A DNA stretch of 64,000 bases from Zootoca vivipara (taxonomy: Eukaryota), in NCBI RefSeq assembly GCF_963506605.1, contig NC_083285.1, forward strand, positions 56,792,001-56,856,000, read 5' to 3'. Both the position numbers and the translations under genes were made by a program. Positions 49,817 through 63,648 of the stretch are shown piece by piece; the stretch's first letter is position 1; the number at the start of each line of letters is the position of its first letter. Below the pieces are notes generated by a model that was given only the letters and a program-made list of their open reading frames with translations, searched no databases and was not told where the DNA came from.

Positions 49817-51690
49817 TTCTTAGGGCAAAAGATAAATAAGGGTTAAAAATAAAAGTGTGGCATAAAATTCGCTTGAAGAATCCTGCTGAATTATCTGTGT
49901 GAGGGCCAAGCCGGGCTGTTGAGAAGTTAAACTCCAGTTCAACTCCCACTGAAAAATGCACAGGCTGCTCTAATGATCCCTGAGACCAATTAGAATTGCC
50001 CCTGCATGTTCCAGTGCGAGAGAGTTGAAAAGGTTACTCCTGCTTATGGCTCCATACAGCAGCTGGGTGGCACAGCAAGGGCGAGGCAGAGAGCAGAATC
50101 TGTATCTAGGTGAGAGTGGTGTTACGGCAAAGTTCCCGCAATGGCACACAGCTCCTGCTTAAGAACAACTTCTCACCCTGCTGTGCCAACCTTTCCACTT
50201 GGACCCATCCATCTGCCAAAAATGTCGATGCAGATGTCCACATACGAACAGCTCGGCAGCTCTGCACACCTCCCAGTGCTTCAGAGATGGAAACAGGCTC
50301 CAGAAGGGGGTCTGTGGGTTTATTTACAGCATTAATTCCCCTGCTCTTTAGCCAAAAAGAATCTCAGCATGGCTTACAAAAACCAGTTCTCAGACTCACA
50401 TTCTAAAAAGACATGACACACAAGGAAAAAGGAATAGGAGGGAGGAGGGAAAAGCAAGCTCAAACACAGGTGCTTAAAGTCACAGTTTGTAAAGTTACTG
50501 TCGATGCCAGTGCTAGTTCTGACTGCCTTCCCTTCCCTGGAGTCACTCCCTGATCAGATCCAGGAGCACAGATGGTGACAATGAGTGATGCAAGAAAGCA
50601 ACAATTTCCTTTCTGATCTGCATTCATCATAACCAGTGCTGTTTCCATTATGCTACAATGTTGTTTCCAGCAAATACTGTGCTAGTCTTCCTGTCCGTTA
50701 TTACAATGGATTTTTAAAAATTAATTATGAATTGCTTGTGGACTTAGGGTGGAATTCAACATAGCGTTAAAGAGAGCATTTCAATCTCTCCTCCTCTATC
50801 ATTCTATTCTTGGGATTATCCTGACCCGCCAGAGTGCACATGTTTTTTGGGGTGGTGGTGGCAGGGGGCATGTGGAGATGGGGGGGAAAAGCCCCATTGT
50901 GCTATTGGGAGTCCTTGCCCTGGCTTCTGCTGACAGAGCAGAGATAGAATCCAGTATCTGGAGGGCCACAGGAGTCCTACCCCTGCTTTAAAGTGTCAGG
51001 ATAAAATGGGAGAGATCTTTAATGCCAACTAAACCAAATGTTTTGGAGATTGTTGGTGTGATCCTTTTGCCTCCGACAGGCTGGAGACGAGCTTTTTCCT
51101 ACAGTTGAGAATGGGATGGCATTGCCCAGTGCCACAAATTTCCTGGGCACATGGGAGGTGAGGGGTGATATGGGAGAAGCCGTCTTTGATGTCTATGTTT
51201 GGATCCACATCTGGTGTTTTGGGGTGTGAAACCATATGCCTCTCATAGGCCATAACTCTTGTGAACTTTCCAACATCAGCAAGTTGAGATTGATGAGCAC
51301 ATTTTGTCATCTGCAACAGAGATGGGGAACCTGTGGCTCTTTGGATGCTGTTAAGAGTTCATCTCCCATGAGATCCTGCCAGCATGATCACAGTCAAGGA
51401 TGATGTTGAGTTGTAGTAAAACATTCTTGCCTTACATGATACAGTACATTGTAGTGGTAGGAATTTGAGCAAGTATGGAGTTGTTCTCATTAATTAGCTC
51501 CAATGAGTTATATCCAGACTTTGTTCCTATAAACTGTGCCCGATTGTTATTCCACACTCAAGCGCATTATTCTGCAAAATGGATACTGACTAGCTGTGAC
51601 CCTAATTTATTTATCTTTTACTTACATTCTGCCTTATAGGTTTGCCTTCTGTTGGTTGATTGCATCTCCGGTCCCATTGAGGAACTAGAG

Positions 51691-51831
51691 CAGGCACCCC
51701 CAAACTCGGCCCTCCAGTTGTTTTGGGACTACAGTACAACTCCCATCATCCCTAGCTAACAGGACCAGTGGTCAGGGATGATGGGAATTGTAGTCCTGAA
51801 ACGTCTGGAGGGCCGAGTTTGGAGATGCCTG
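51691..51831. mobile_element. hAT (URR1-like) MITE
   Basis: TIR CAGGCACCCCCAAACTCGGCCC; perfect TSD AACTAGAG. Confidence 0.85.
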
Positions 51832-52922
51832 AACTAGAGGATGCAGGCCGCGTGAATTCCATAGGTATCTTTAATTGTAAAAAGATGAGAGGCTCTGGAA
51901 TAAACAAGGATTAAAATACAACCCAGTGAATAACCAGGTAAATTGCTCTCACATTTTGGCCAAGAACCTAATTTTTGTGAGTGTCTGGATCTGCTCATGG
52001 TGCTTTGATATCCAGCAGGAGCAGTGTTTATTTATTTCTGTTTATTTAACAGAATTGGTTAAATAAACCACCCATAACCTTGCATAGAATGATATGATAA
52101 CAGTTTGCATAGAATGATATGTGCAATACTCCTAGCTACAGGGTAATCTTCAGGTTTGAGGGCTTCTTGGCAAAGTAGCCTCCATTTGTTTCCTCCTTCA
52201 ATGCTACTCCCCAGCCACAGGGCCTACTTGACAGCCAATGTGTTCAGCCACAAGCCGCCATTTTCAATTTCCCAGAACGCTCAAAGGCATTGTGGGAAAC
52301 GTGAACGGCACATGTGTGCACGCACACACATACGGTGGAGACTGCCATTTAAAATTTTATTATGTTGCCCATTTATGTATTATATTTGTTGCTTTATGTA
52401 ATGGATTAGCCCCAGGATGGAAGATTTATTACACCCTGGATTAGAAAGAGTTAATCCACCTCCAGCTTAACTGACAGCGCATCTTTAGGAGGCGGGAAGG
52501 TGCCCGGTTTAAAAAGGAGGGAATAACTGTTTTGGCAGTTGGAAGAGGGGGAGTGTGGTGACGAAGAGGGAAGAAGAAGGGTGTGGGGCCAGGATAGTGG
52601 TGGTTTAGGTTAGGCTTAGGATATAGTAACTTGAAGTTAAAGTCTGACAGAGTTAATGTATAACTGTAACCAAGCTTGTAAACTTATGCATCACTAAGAA
52701 AAACCTATGTTCTCAAGAAAATAAAATTCATCTTTTTGTGCCAAAGAGTATAGTCTTGGTCATTCCAGCAGCGTATTAAAACTCACAGAGGTGGAGACTC
52801 AGAAAAGGGCAAAACTTACCTAAGAAAAAGGGGATAGTTTGTGTCCTAGAGTCATACAAGGGCAGTATGGTGAAAACCTAGAGTGCCACAAGTTTGCCGG
52901 GGTGATATGGCAGACTGATACA

Positions 52923-55140
52923 ACCACCACCACCGAAAAGATGTTACACAAAAAGGGACTCCACGTGGACCCCTCCTGATGGACGCAATACCACACTAGA
53001 TCTGTACATCGACTGCTTCCGCCACAGAATCCAAACAGATGTGACCAGAAAACACCATCACTTACAACAAAATCTAAACCATGCTGAAAGGAGAGCCATA
53101 GAAAATCTCAGGAACAACCCAGACATTATAATTAAAGAGGCAGACAAGGGTGGAGCTGTCGTCATCATGAACAAAACTGATTACATCCAAGAGGCCCACA
53201 GACAACTTTCCAATACTGCCTTTTACATGAAATTGGACTCAGACCCCACACAAGCATACAAAAAAGAACTGAAAAAGATTGCCAAGGAGCTACCCCTACA
53301 CATCCAAGAACAGATCCTCACAAACACACCAGCGGAACCTTGACCAGGAACTTTCTACCTTCTACCTAAAATACACAAACCAGGAAATCCAGGACGCCCC
53401 ATCATCTCAGGTATTGGCACCATTACAGTGGGTGTTTCCGGCTATATGGACTCTGTTCTGAAACCATATGCTATCAGTGCTCCCAGCCACTATGGATGTG
53501 GAATCTCTATACACCAACATCCCACACAATGATGGTTTACAAGCCATAAGGAACACCATTTCAGATAAAACCACAGCGGACTTTGCTACCAAACTCTGCC
53601 ACTTTGTCCTTACCCACAACCACTTCAAATTTGGTGATGACCTGTTCCTCCAGATCAGTGGCACAGCCATGGGCACCCGCATGGCCCCACAGTATGCCAA
53701 CATCTTCATGGCAGATTTAGAACATCGTTTCCTAGACTCCTACCCACTCAAACCTCTCTTGTACCTACGATACATTGACGATATTTTTATTATCTGGACA
53801 CATGGACAACAGACCCTGGAAACCTTCCACCAGACATTCAATGACTTTCACCCCACCATCAACCTAACAATGAACCAATCCATGCAAGAAATACATTTTT
53901 TGGACACTACTATAAAAATACAGGATGGACGTATAGACACCACCTTATACAGAAAACCAACTGACCGACAAACATATCTACATGCTTCTAGCTACCATCC
54001 TAAACATACCAAACAATCCATCGTATACAGCCAGGCCCTACGTTACAACCGTATCTGTTCCAACTCTACAGACAGAGAATCTCACCTAAGAGATCTACAG
54101 CAAACCTTTTTAGAACTAAAATATCCACCTGATGAAGTTAAACAACAGATCAACAGAGCCAGACTGATACCTAGGGAGAACCTGCTGCAAGACAGACCCA
54201 AAAAAGAAAATAACAGAACACCACTAGTCATCACATACAGCTCCCAAGTTAAAACAGTACAACGCATCATCAGAGATCTACAGCCTCTCCTGGACAATGA
54301 CAGCTCCCTTTCTCAAGCTCTGGGAGGAAGACCTTTCATTGCCCACAGACAGCCACCCAATCTTAAACAACTCCTCACCCACAATAATACAACCACCAGA
54401 CTTAACATGGACACTGGTACCAGAGCCTGCAATAAACCCAGATGCCAACTTTGCTGCCACATACACCCGGACAACATCATTACTGGCCCCAACAACATCC
54501 AACATACCATCTCAGGACTATTTAATTGCTCATCTTCTAACATTGTGTATGCCATCAAATGCCAACGGTGCCCTTCAGCTCTCTATATTGGACAAACAGG
54601 CCAAACCCTACGCCAAAGGATAAATGGACATAAATCTGACATCAGGAACCATAAGACTGAAAAACCAGTAGGAGAACACTTCAATCTCCCAGGACATTCT
54701 ATACAAGATCTCAAAGCAGCTGTTTTATTACAGAGAAATTTCAGGAACAGACTGGAAAGAGAAGTTGCTGAATTGGAAATCATTACCAAGCTTAAAACCA
54801 TGGAAGCACCTGGGATGAATAGAGACATCGGATTCTTATCTCATTATGCATGATCAAGCTCTCTTTAGCACCTCAGCCCAGGACTAATTGCAGCCATCAG
54901 CAGCCATTAACAGCCATCTCCAGGTTTACCACTCCCATCAGCCCACCACCCATTCCCACCCACCCCCACCACCCTCTGTATATATATAGGGTCTGACACT
55001 TCTGTTTCTAGTGTATCTGAAGAAGTGTGCATGCACACGAAAGCTCATACCAAAATATAAACTTAGTTGGTCTTTAAGGTGCTACTGAAGGAATTTTTTT
55101 ATTTTGCTTCGACTCAGACCAACACGGCTACCTACCTGTA
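52923..55140 (+). mobile_element. Penelope-like retroelement (RT + GIY-YIG endonuclease), 5'-truncated, disabled
   Basis: ADKGGAVV, YLLPKIHK, MDVESLYTNI, GTAMG, RYIDDIF, FLD; C-terminal VYAIKC..C...YIGQT...RQR. Stop at 53341-53343 and an internal deletion near 53487. TSD ACTGATACA at 52914-52922 and 55141-55149. Confidence 0.93.
55013..55050 (+). ncRNA. Minimal hammerhead ribozyme motif in the Penelope 3' pLTR
   Basis: GTATCTGAAGAAGTGTGCATGCACACGAAAGCTCATAC. Confidence 0.75.
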
Positions 55141-56033
55141 ACTGATACAGTGGGGATCTGAGTTGAGGGAGTCCCTGTTCTGTAGGCAAGAGGTTGGTCA
55201 TTCAAATAACCCTGAGTGTTTGTGAGATCAGGCCATGAAAGCTGGAATTAGACTCTCTTTACTGAGAAGCCCAGAATTGAGGGGTTTATTTTAAGGCGCA
55301 AGGAATTGAGTGGGGATTGCTTTACCCCGTACCCTTTCGTCTCATAATCTATTGGCAATGTCGGTGAGGGGGTTCATCGCACTTACTACAAAAAAATGGC
55401 TCATAGTGATTGACAGTTGCCTAGAATGCCTGCTGCTGTAGCAGTAGCTCTGGGATATTGTGGGAAATTTTAAATGGCGCCTGATGTGGCCGTTTAAATG
55501 TGCCGTGGAGCTCCCAGGGCAGCTGTCAGCTTTCCAGGATGCCAAGGCCCCAGCAGTTGCCAACCATACCAGGTGCTGGTGGCAAGCCTCCACTACACAT
55601 TGGCTATCCTGTACAATGGGCTTGCACCTCCCACCATTAAATGCAGCCCTAGGCACTCCTGAACAAGTGCAAACAGAGCAGTGGCAGCTTAATGTTCCAA
55701 AGTGTGACTCTGCCTCTTGCTGTGACTAGCCTATGAATGTTGAGGAATGCCTACTTGCCCGTCAATTTTTGCTCTCCGCCTGCAGTAGGGCTCCCTGTTG
55801 GGGGTAGGGCGGGGAGTATGGGAGGCTGTCTATTGCCTGTAGGCCACAAGCTGGCTACCAGGATTCTACAAAAGGCCATGCCGCTAATCTTTTAGAAGAG
55901 ACCCCTCTCGTTTGTTTTATTATGTCCCAGTTTCCAGAGCACCTTACAACAGCACTTGGCAAACAAATATGGGCTTTGTTTTGTCCGCAGCAGCCAGAGA
56001 GACACTGGAGTCTGGTGTTGGAATGCAGTAGTG

Positions 56034-56039
56034 TTTATT
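56034..56039 (-). terminator. Candidate polyadenylation signal of the perilipin gene
   Basis: AATAAA about 360 nt past the stop codon. Confidence 0.5.
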
Positions 56040-56397
56040 TGGCCTTCTTATAAACACTTTCCCCCCCAAAAGCAAGACAATTCACAGGATTTGACAACTA
56101 CAAGTCATGTGTTGTTGTTCCTTTGGGGCAGCGGCAACAGGATTCCCAACTATACCAGTTTTGACCGTTATTTAATTACCACCACTTCAATATTAGCAGC
56201 TTTGCTCTACAACATTTTGAAATATTAAATAAATAAAGTGACTGTTTTGGATATTTACAATTCTGAGAGTTCAGCTGGCACAAAGACGCTCATCTTCTAC
56301 ACTGTACAGGGCTCACCTGCCACGAAGTTATCAAAATACAGTGCTGACATCTAGAGCAAAAGGAGCGAATAGCAGGGTTGTTTCAAGGGGTCTTGCC

Positions 56398-59300
56398 TTA
56401 ATCTGCTGGTTCTGAAACTTCAGCAGGCAGCTTGCCAGACAGCACGAAAGGCCCCACCAGCCAGGAGAGAGGGGTGTTGTGAGTGACATATTCCAGCAGC
56501 TCATCCATGTATTCTCGCGATTTCTGCACTGTCTGGCAGCTCTGGGCTAGGAGGCTGCCGGGGAGGTCCTGGAAGGATCTGACCGTGGAAGCGGCGGCAT
56601 GAAGTTCTCCAGTGCTTTGGCTGACTGTCTGCACCTTATCCTCCAGGCTAGAAGGGAATCCTTGGATGCTGGACACCAGGGTTTGGCTAACGGTCTGCAG
56701 GTGATGGATCAGGTACTGAAACATGGTCAGGGTTTGGCTTTCTACCTGTTGAGACAAGCAAGCCATTACTGACAACCCGTATTTCCGAACAGGGACAGAG
56801 GCAAAAGCACCATTGCAAAGACATACCTCTAGCTGTGTCATGTCTTTGCTATCCTTTGCTTCTGGGTTTGCCTTGTTCCATTCGATCAACATCTGGCTAA
56901 GCTTCCTTTCACCCTCATGAAAGGTCTGTCCCACACCTTGTTTCATGTATTCAATCTGGAGGGGAACAAGACACACTGGTTTAACTTTAAACAGGAACTA
57001 AGTTGTCAACATGGCCAAATTCAAATAAGCTCAGTAAAGTGTGTCCTCCGCCCCCCCCCCAGACAAATCTCTCTGTGTGGTGTCAGGAATGGCTTCCTTG
57101 GGCCTCTGGTTCAAAAAGCTACATGGCACTTTAAAAAAGCCAGTTATGTTACTATTGGATATTTTTTGTCCAAGCCAAAATAGGAAAAATAGAGCTCGTG
57201 AGATTTGTGGTTTTTTGGCCCCCCATTTTTTTGCTTATAGAAACAAACGGTAAGTGGTTGAAATTTGGGGATATTGCCTCCTACTATGCTGGTGACAATA
57301 TGCTAGATTATGTAACATGTCTACTTTCCCCAGGATAGGTTTACCTTAGTATGTCGGAACAAGGTTGAAGCAATACCATCTATGGAACTCCCTCTATGAT
57401 GGATGGGGAAACTGTGGCTCTCCAGGTGTTGCGGGAGCACATCTCAACTTGTCCTTGACTGTTGGGTAGTCTCGGTGGTGCGGGGCGCCAGGGCGCCGGG
57501 CCTGCAGGAGGACACTGCACGGCAAAGCCGCGCGGAAGCCGTGCTGCGCGCTGCGCCCGCCCACTAGGGCAGGGGTGCCGGAGCAATCTCCGCGCCAGGG
57601 CGCCTGACCGGCTTGAGACGGCCCTGCTGTTGGCCCTGCTGGCTGGGGCTGAAGAGAGCTGAACATCTGGAGGGCCAGAGGTTCCCCATCCCTGTTCTGC
57701 CTTGCAATTTGTCACCCATCTTTTCTGGATAAGTTATCCAAGTCAGAAGAATATCAAAAGGCATCAGATGGAAACATCACTCTAAGCTTCATATCTTCAA
57801 GGGCCCTTTAAGATTTCTAAAGAGGGGTGTGTGTGTGTGTACACAAAGCTAATGGAGCATTCCTCAGCTCAGGGATGGGGAACCCATGAATTATGGGCTT
57901 AGCCTAGTCAGGAATGATGGGAGGTGTAGTCTAAGAAACCACTGGAGGGGCTACAGGTTTCCCACACCCACACCTTAAGCCCCATATAAGAGCTTGCCAC
58001 AAAATTGCATTTGGGAAACTCTGAAAGGGTCCAGTATCACATAACCTGGACTATGCATCCCTTGCATATAAGCTTCAAAGTTCATATGGTGCAGGTGTGG
58101 AAAACCTCTAGCTTCCCAGATGCTTGCTGAACTACAATTCCCATCAGCCCCACCAAGTCATGGCCAATAGCCATGACAGGAGTTGTAGTTCAGCAACGTC
58201 TAGAGGGCCAAATCCCCCCCCCAAATACCATAAACTAAGCAAGGTTCCCCTTGGGAGTCAGATCAAGGTCAAATTCCATTCCATTTAAAGAAAATGTGGA
58301 CTCTGAAATTGCAGCTTTAAAATATTTGATTGCTCAGGTGCTTTTCTGTAATTAAAAGGGCGATTTGCAGTGGCACAGGATAGCCTTAAAAGGGGAATCC
58401 CAAAAGGCGAGACCAAGCTCATACCATGTGAATTATCTGCTGAAGCTGGGAGAGAGACTTGTGGATCCTTTGCCTGGCTCGTCTGATCTTTGCCACAGCG
58501 TGCAAGTAGGCCCTTTGGCGGAGTCTGCTTGAAAGGCAGCCCAAGCGCACCAGGTATTCCTGCCGCTCACGCTGCTGCACAGGAACCACCACACTGCCAT
58601 CCTTTGCCACTGCTTCAATCTCAGCTACGGAAGAGAGGACCACAGTGGATTCAGCAGGGGGCAGCCTTGATGCATTATGCTCCTTTAGTAGAATCTCGTG
58701 TAGGGAAGGGAAAGTTTCACTGCCCATTTGAAGGGGCAACAGGGCAGGGAATCCGGGGCCTTTTGGCATGCCTGGTGTATTGCTTGCCAAGTTCACATTG
58801 GAAGGCAAGGACTGGTGCACAAAGTGTGCTTTCCAATCGCTCTAGCATACAATACCGTATTTCGGTGCCTAGTGGAAAGCTGCATCTTTCATAGCACAGT
58901 TTCTATTGTTCAGTGCAAGGCATGCAGCTGTAGATTTGTACAACGTGGGTCCCAAGGATGTAGATATGAAAAACACAGTACTCCCCAGATAACTCCACAA
59001 TGTCTTGCGGGCTTTTACATTTGAGGTTTCCTATCCAAACGGAAGTCAGATGGGGAGAGATTGAAAAGCAACCCTGCTGCTCTCCTTCCCTCACCCCAAA
59101 CACAAGCCGTTGCACCAATGCCCTGCTCCTTGAAAGAGTCAAGGGGATTGCAGCCCATTACCGTTATGCACTGAAACAGATGCCTAACTAGTTCATAGAA
59201 TCAAATTGTAGAGTTGGAAGGGATCCCCCAAGGGTCATCTAGTCCAACCCCCTGCAATGCAATAATCCTGCTGACAGGTGTCCCTGGGTGGGTTCGAACC

Positions 59301-61462
59301 ACCATCCTTCTTGCGAACTGCCGGACACACTGACCCATTGAACAGATATCTGAGAGACTGTTTCCTTCTGTATATACCTGTCTGTGGGCTGAGATCTTCA
59401 GAGGCCTTGTTAGTGCCCTACCAACAAAAGTAGTTTGATTGAACATGAAACAGGGCCTTATCTGTGGTAACACCCCCCCCTCCCAAGGCGGCAAGACTAG
59501 TCCCTTCTCTAGTATTTTAGGCAGGTAATGAAAACATTTTTGTTTGGAATGGCTTTTTAAAACCTCTGGCAATATATTTACCTATCTGGCATTGAACTCT
59601 GCTTCTCCTTCTTGACTTTAAAAAAGTTTTAGGAAAGAGGTCATTGCTTTTTAAGTTACATACCCAGTTCTTCATCTGTTATGGGGAGATATTCGTCTAT
59701 CAGGTCTTCAGATCTGCCAAGCATTGCCTCAGCACCACTGACAGCTATCTGGCCCATTCTGGATTCCATAACAGTGGTCAGACTCTGGCCAATAGCAGAC
59801 TTGGTTGCCTCCATGCCATCCTGCACAGCTTCTTTCGTCATGCCTACAACTCCAGACAGCTTGCCGGCAATGGCGTCCTTAGCGCTTGCAACTGTGGACG
59901 ACACCATCTCCTTGGTGTCGGAAGCAACCTGTGAGGCAGCAGAAAACCACACTTCGTTTCCATACAAATACTCGCCGGCAATGTAACAGAACCATGCCAT
60001 TATCTTGTATGGAAGGATAATATTTATTTAAAGTGAAAATAGTAAGAGCAGGCACACGAAATCATGTGCATACTTGGGCTGACATGTTACTTGACCAGAA
60101 AATGTTCTTGAAATAAGAAGAGAGGATGCCCAGGTGCCAATAAGGGCCAATGGCAAACAGGCCTGACATCATCTGCCACTCAGTGGTCAGTTGATGCCCC
60201 TGATCTCTGCCTCCCTGGACTTTGGCTCCTAAGGTCCCAACCTAGCTGCACCACAGCTTACCTTGTCAGCTGACATCTGAAGAATTGGCAGCTTCTCCTC
60301 CAGGGCATCCAAGCCCCGGGAAGCATACACATTTGCTGCTGCAACTGCAAAGACAGAAGATTGCTATCTTATTGCTTTCTACTACGCCAATATGAGAATC
60401 TCAATGTATTTCCAAGTCTTCATTTTCACAAGCTTTAGCTTTCCCATCTACAAACACACCTTTTGCAGCTTTAAGAGAGTCGCAGCTTTAAGAGAGTCGC
60501 AGCTTTAAGAGAGTGGCATTATTCTAATACCTTTCTAGATTTGTAAGGGCAATTTGAAAGCCTCACCCCAGGGATGGGGAGCTGCCATGAATGCAACTGG
60601 CATGAGTAGAGAAGGCGGGTGCAGGAACCAGGGCAATGTCACCAGTTTTCAAGCACAGCTAAGAGCTTTCCGTGATGCTACACATTCATACATGCCCTAC
60701 AGGGGCAAAGTTACCAGTCCAGTAGCACAGAAGGATGTATCAAGGACACAAACTACCTGAATTTCACCATTACTCAGTTGCTAGAAATGGTAGACCAGTT
60801 CTCAAATTTCATTTTATTTTAAAGCATTTACTTTGCTCCCTTGGAAAAATTCCTGTGGACACCTATGCATGCAACCATCTCACGATATAATCTGAACATG
60901 CAAACCACCTCCACTTATTAAGCAGGAAGTTACTCCATGGACATTGCATCAATAGGCATTTTTGTCCCTGGTGTTTCGCCTACCCTGTTAGAAGTCTGCC
61001 CTTGACTTACTCTGGGGTTCAAGTTTAGTCAGGATAGGATGTGCAGTGCCAACCACCACTTCTTTCAGGGTCTTCATGCCCTTCTCAGCAGCATCACAGA
61101 AGGACTTCACATAGGGGTGGCTGCCCTTGGTAGAGTTGTAGGCGTTCGCAGCCATGTCATAGGCAGAGCTAACCAATGGCATGCCGGCTACTCTTCTCAA
61201 GACATTCTGCACAGGGAGGAAATATTTCGTCAGAGTGTGGTACGTACAACCTGCGTAGCCCTGCAAAACCAATTTGAGCTAGGACTAACCGACACGTGTC
61301 ATTTAAAACACTTTGTACAAAACAACCCGTAATAATGCATTTGGGAGGCTGTTCATTGCATAGACTTGTTCACAGCCCATTTTCTGAACTCACCTCTTCC
61401 TGTGCAGATGCCTCCTGGACCTCGTCATGGGAAGACACATTTGCTTGGCCGTTGGAAGACAT
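56398..61462 (-). CDS. PLIN3: Perilipin (PAT family), most like perilipin-3, 429 aa
   Basis: Exons 61394-61462, 61011-61206, 60262-60344, 59664-59928, 58425-58624, 56827-56955, 56398-56745 (1290 nt, phases consistent). PAT motifs NVLRRVAGMPLVSSAY..., GLDALEEKLPIL, YLPITDEEL, YLVRLGCLS and C-terminal NTPLSWLVGPF. Family is certain; PLIN3 versus another paralogue is less so. Confidence 0.88.
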
Positions 61463-62784
61463 AACTTGGCACTGCAACTAGCACGAGCTGGAAAAGGAGG
61501 TTTAATAAAAGGAGTTTATTGGCCACAGAAGAGTTGCATTGACCTAACAAGTACTGAACAAGACAAATCACTCTCATTTTACTTAGGAAGGCTATCATGT
61601 TTTGGCTCTTGTCTCCAAGAACTTAAGTGAAGCTCTTAAAACAGAAGTGTTTGTAGCTAGCAGCTCACTAAACCCATGACTACAACGCTGAAAAAGATGA
61701 CACCCCCAGTTCTCTCTTAAGTGGAGAGGACTATTCCCCAAATGGGAATAGGTCTGTGCAACTTGGAACACTGGTCCATCTCACTTAATAGTGTCTACAC
61801 CTGGGGTCACCAACCTTTTTGGGGCCTTGGGTACACCTGGAACTTTGAGAACGTGCCATGGTCCCCAATCACAAAATGGCTACTTATGGGGGCATAACGC
61901 AAAATGGCTGCTGCAAAGGTGTGGCATAACACAAAATGGCTGCTGCACCTAAAACAGCAGAAGAGACAGAATCACAAAATGATCTGTATCGGCCAATTCT
62001 AGCACCAAATGAAAAGTGGGCATGTTTAAGAGGCCGTATTTGATGTAAAAGAGACTGACCCATTGCAAAGAGGAACTACTCAGAAGTAACAAACAGCTTT
62101 ATACTGAAGATCTTTTGAGGGGATTTTTACTGACATCTTTCATTTGTGCCTTGCAGGAACAGGCACACTGATTCACACAGGAGGCCCAGTGGTACACTGA
62201 CCAGATGTCTCTGCTCTTCCTGCTTGGAACTTCTGAGGTTCAAACCTGGGATCTTGTGCATGCCAAGCAGACTGTAGGGCTAAGTGACCATACTAAGATA
62301 TTATCACCAAGCTCCAATTAACTCAGCAAGATCTATTTTTGAATAAAGGACCACATTAGCACAAGGAAGTGTTGCAACATAACCACTTATTAAGACATAT
62401 TTGCCATTTCCTAAATTTCTGTTTAAGTTCTCATTGCTAAAGACTGCCAGTTGGAAAGAAGGCCTGGCTTTCTTGCTTTGCATCTGTAGAGCAATATACA
62501 GATATGGTTATCTGAAAGCAGAAGCTGCTGCTCTCAGCTTACTTATATTTCCTTTCCTTCCCCCACAAATAAGCCAAAAAGATCAACTGCCATACAGAGC
62601 CTGGCAACAAACACCTTCACAGATAGAAAGCAAATGGGACACACTTTCAGAACAATGCACTATGCACACCTATCACAATCCCAAACCCTTTTTACTAACC
62701 CTCTTACCTGTAAGGGAAAACCACCAGAAGAACACACTAGTCACCCATACATTTCCCCTTTTAAATAACTGTGATGATGTCCTG

Positions 62785-62801
62785 GGGTCAGGGTAAGGTC
62801 A
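62785..62801 (+). promoter_or_regulatory. DR5 nuclear-receptor element (RARE-like) upstream of the perilipin ATG exon
   Basis: GGGTCA-GGGTA-AGGTCA matches RGKTCA-N5-RGKTCA exactly. Confidence 0.4.
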
Positions 62802-63512
62802 AGAATGATCTTCAGAGAACCAATGAAAATAGTAGCTTTCTTTCCCCCAATCAGTTAGGAATAGGACAGGTGGAATATGTCAAATCATGAACCCTGAGAG
62901 AGGGTGAGAATGACATTGCTTCTCACCTGTGCTCTGTTTTGCCACTGCTCTATTAGTAGCAAAGCTCTCTCACTCAGATTTAATTCTCTCTCACTCTCTC
63001 TCTCTTTTTAAAACAAGATTTTATTAAGACATTTCATAATACGGTATAATAAAAACAAACTAACAACTCTAAACAAAAACAAAGAAGAGAGAGAGAGAGA
63101 AATACCTTTTCACAGGTAGATTTACCGTAATTCTCCATTGTGGGTTATTATGGTGCTAGTCCCTGCTGTTCCTAGTTTGTGTTATTGCTTTCCTAACCTA
63201 TCCTGAGGGATCATCGAAAATCACAGTATATATTTGGCCTTTTCAAACAGAAATTATGTAAATTGGTAATAAAGCTTTAATAACTAGGAGTAACTTTTTA
63301 TATATATTTTGGACAGGATCCTCTGCTTTTGACAGCTTCAGGACAAACAGCATTTTAATGAATGAAACTTCTGAGCATGAAAATGCAATGTTAGCTTTAC
63401 CTGATGAATTCCCACCTGCTATGCTTTAGTTAAAGAAATAAGCACCCTGCCAGAAGAAAATGTGGCACCCAATCCTTATGATCTCATGAAGGCAACAAAA
63501 CATACTCCACAC

Positions 63513-63648
63513 CAGGCACCCCCAAACTTCGGCCCTCCAGATGTTTTGGCCTACAATTCCCATGATCCCTAGCTAACAGGACCAGTGGTCGGGGAAGATG
63601 GGAATTGAAGTCCAAAACATCTGGAGGGCCGAAGTTTGGGGGTGCCTG
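63513..63648. mobile_element. hAT (URR1-like) MITE
   Basis: Long TIRs; perfect TSD CTCCACAC. Confidence 0.85.

Larger units (their letters stand above)
52397..55344 (+). mobile_element. Probable LTR-like sequence split by the Penelope insertion
   Basis: TG start, TTTAAAA box, AATAAA at about 52720, CA end; no convincing TSD. Confidence 0.35.

Noticed and set aside
53468-54853. 461-aa ORF as an active RT-nuclease gene
   Set aside because: Standard Penelope ORF with an upstream stop, an internal deletion and 5' truncation.
58625-58820. N-terminal extension of the perilipin exon ORF 58419-58820
   Set aside because: A good acceptor at 58625 gives a 200-nt exon in the correct phase; the upstream open stretch is intron.
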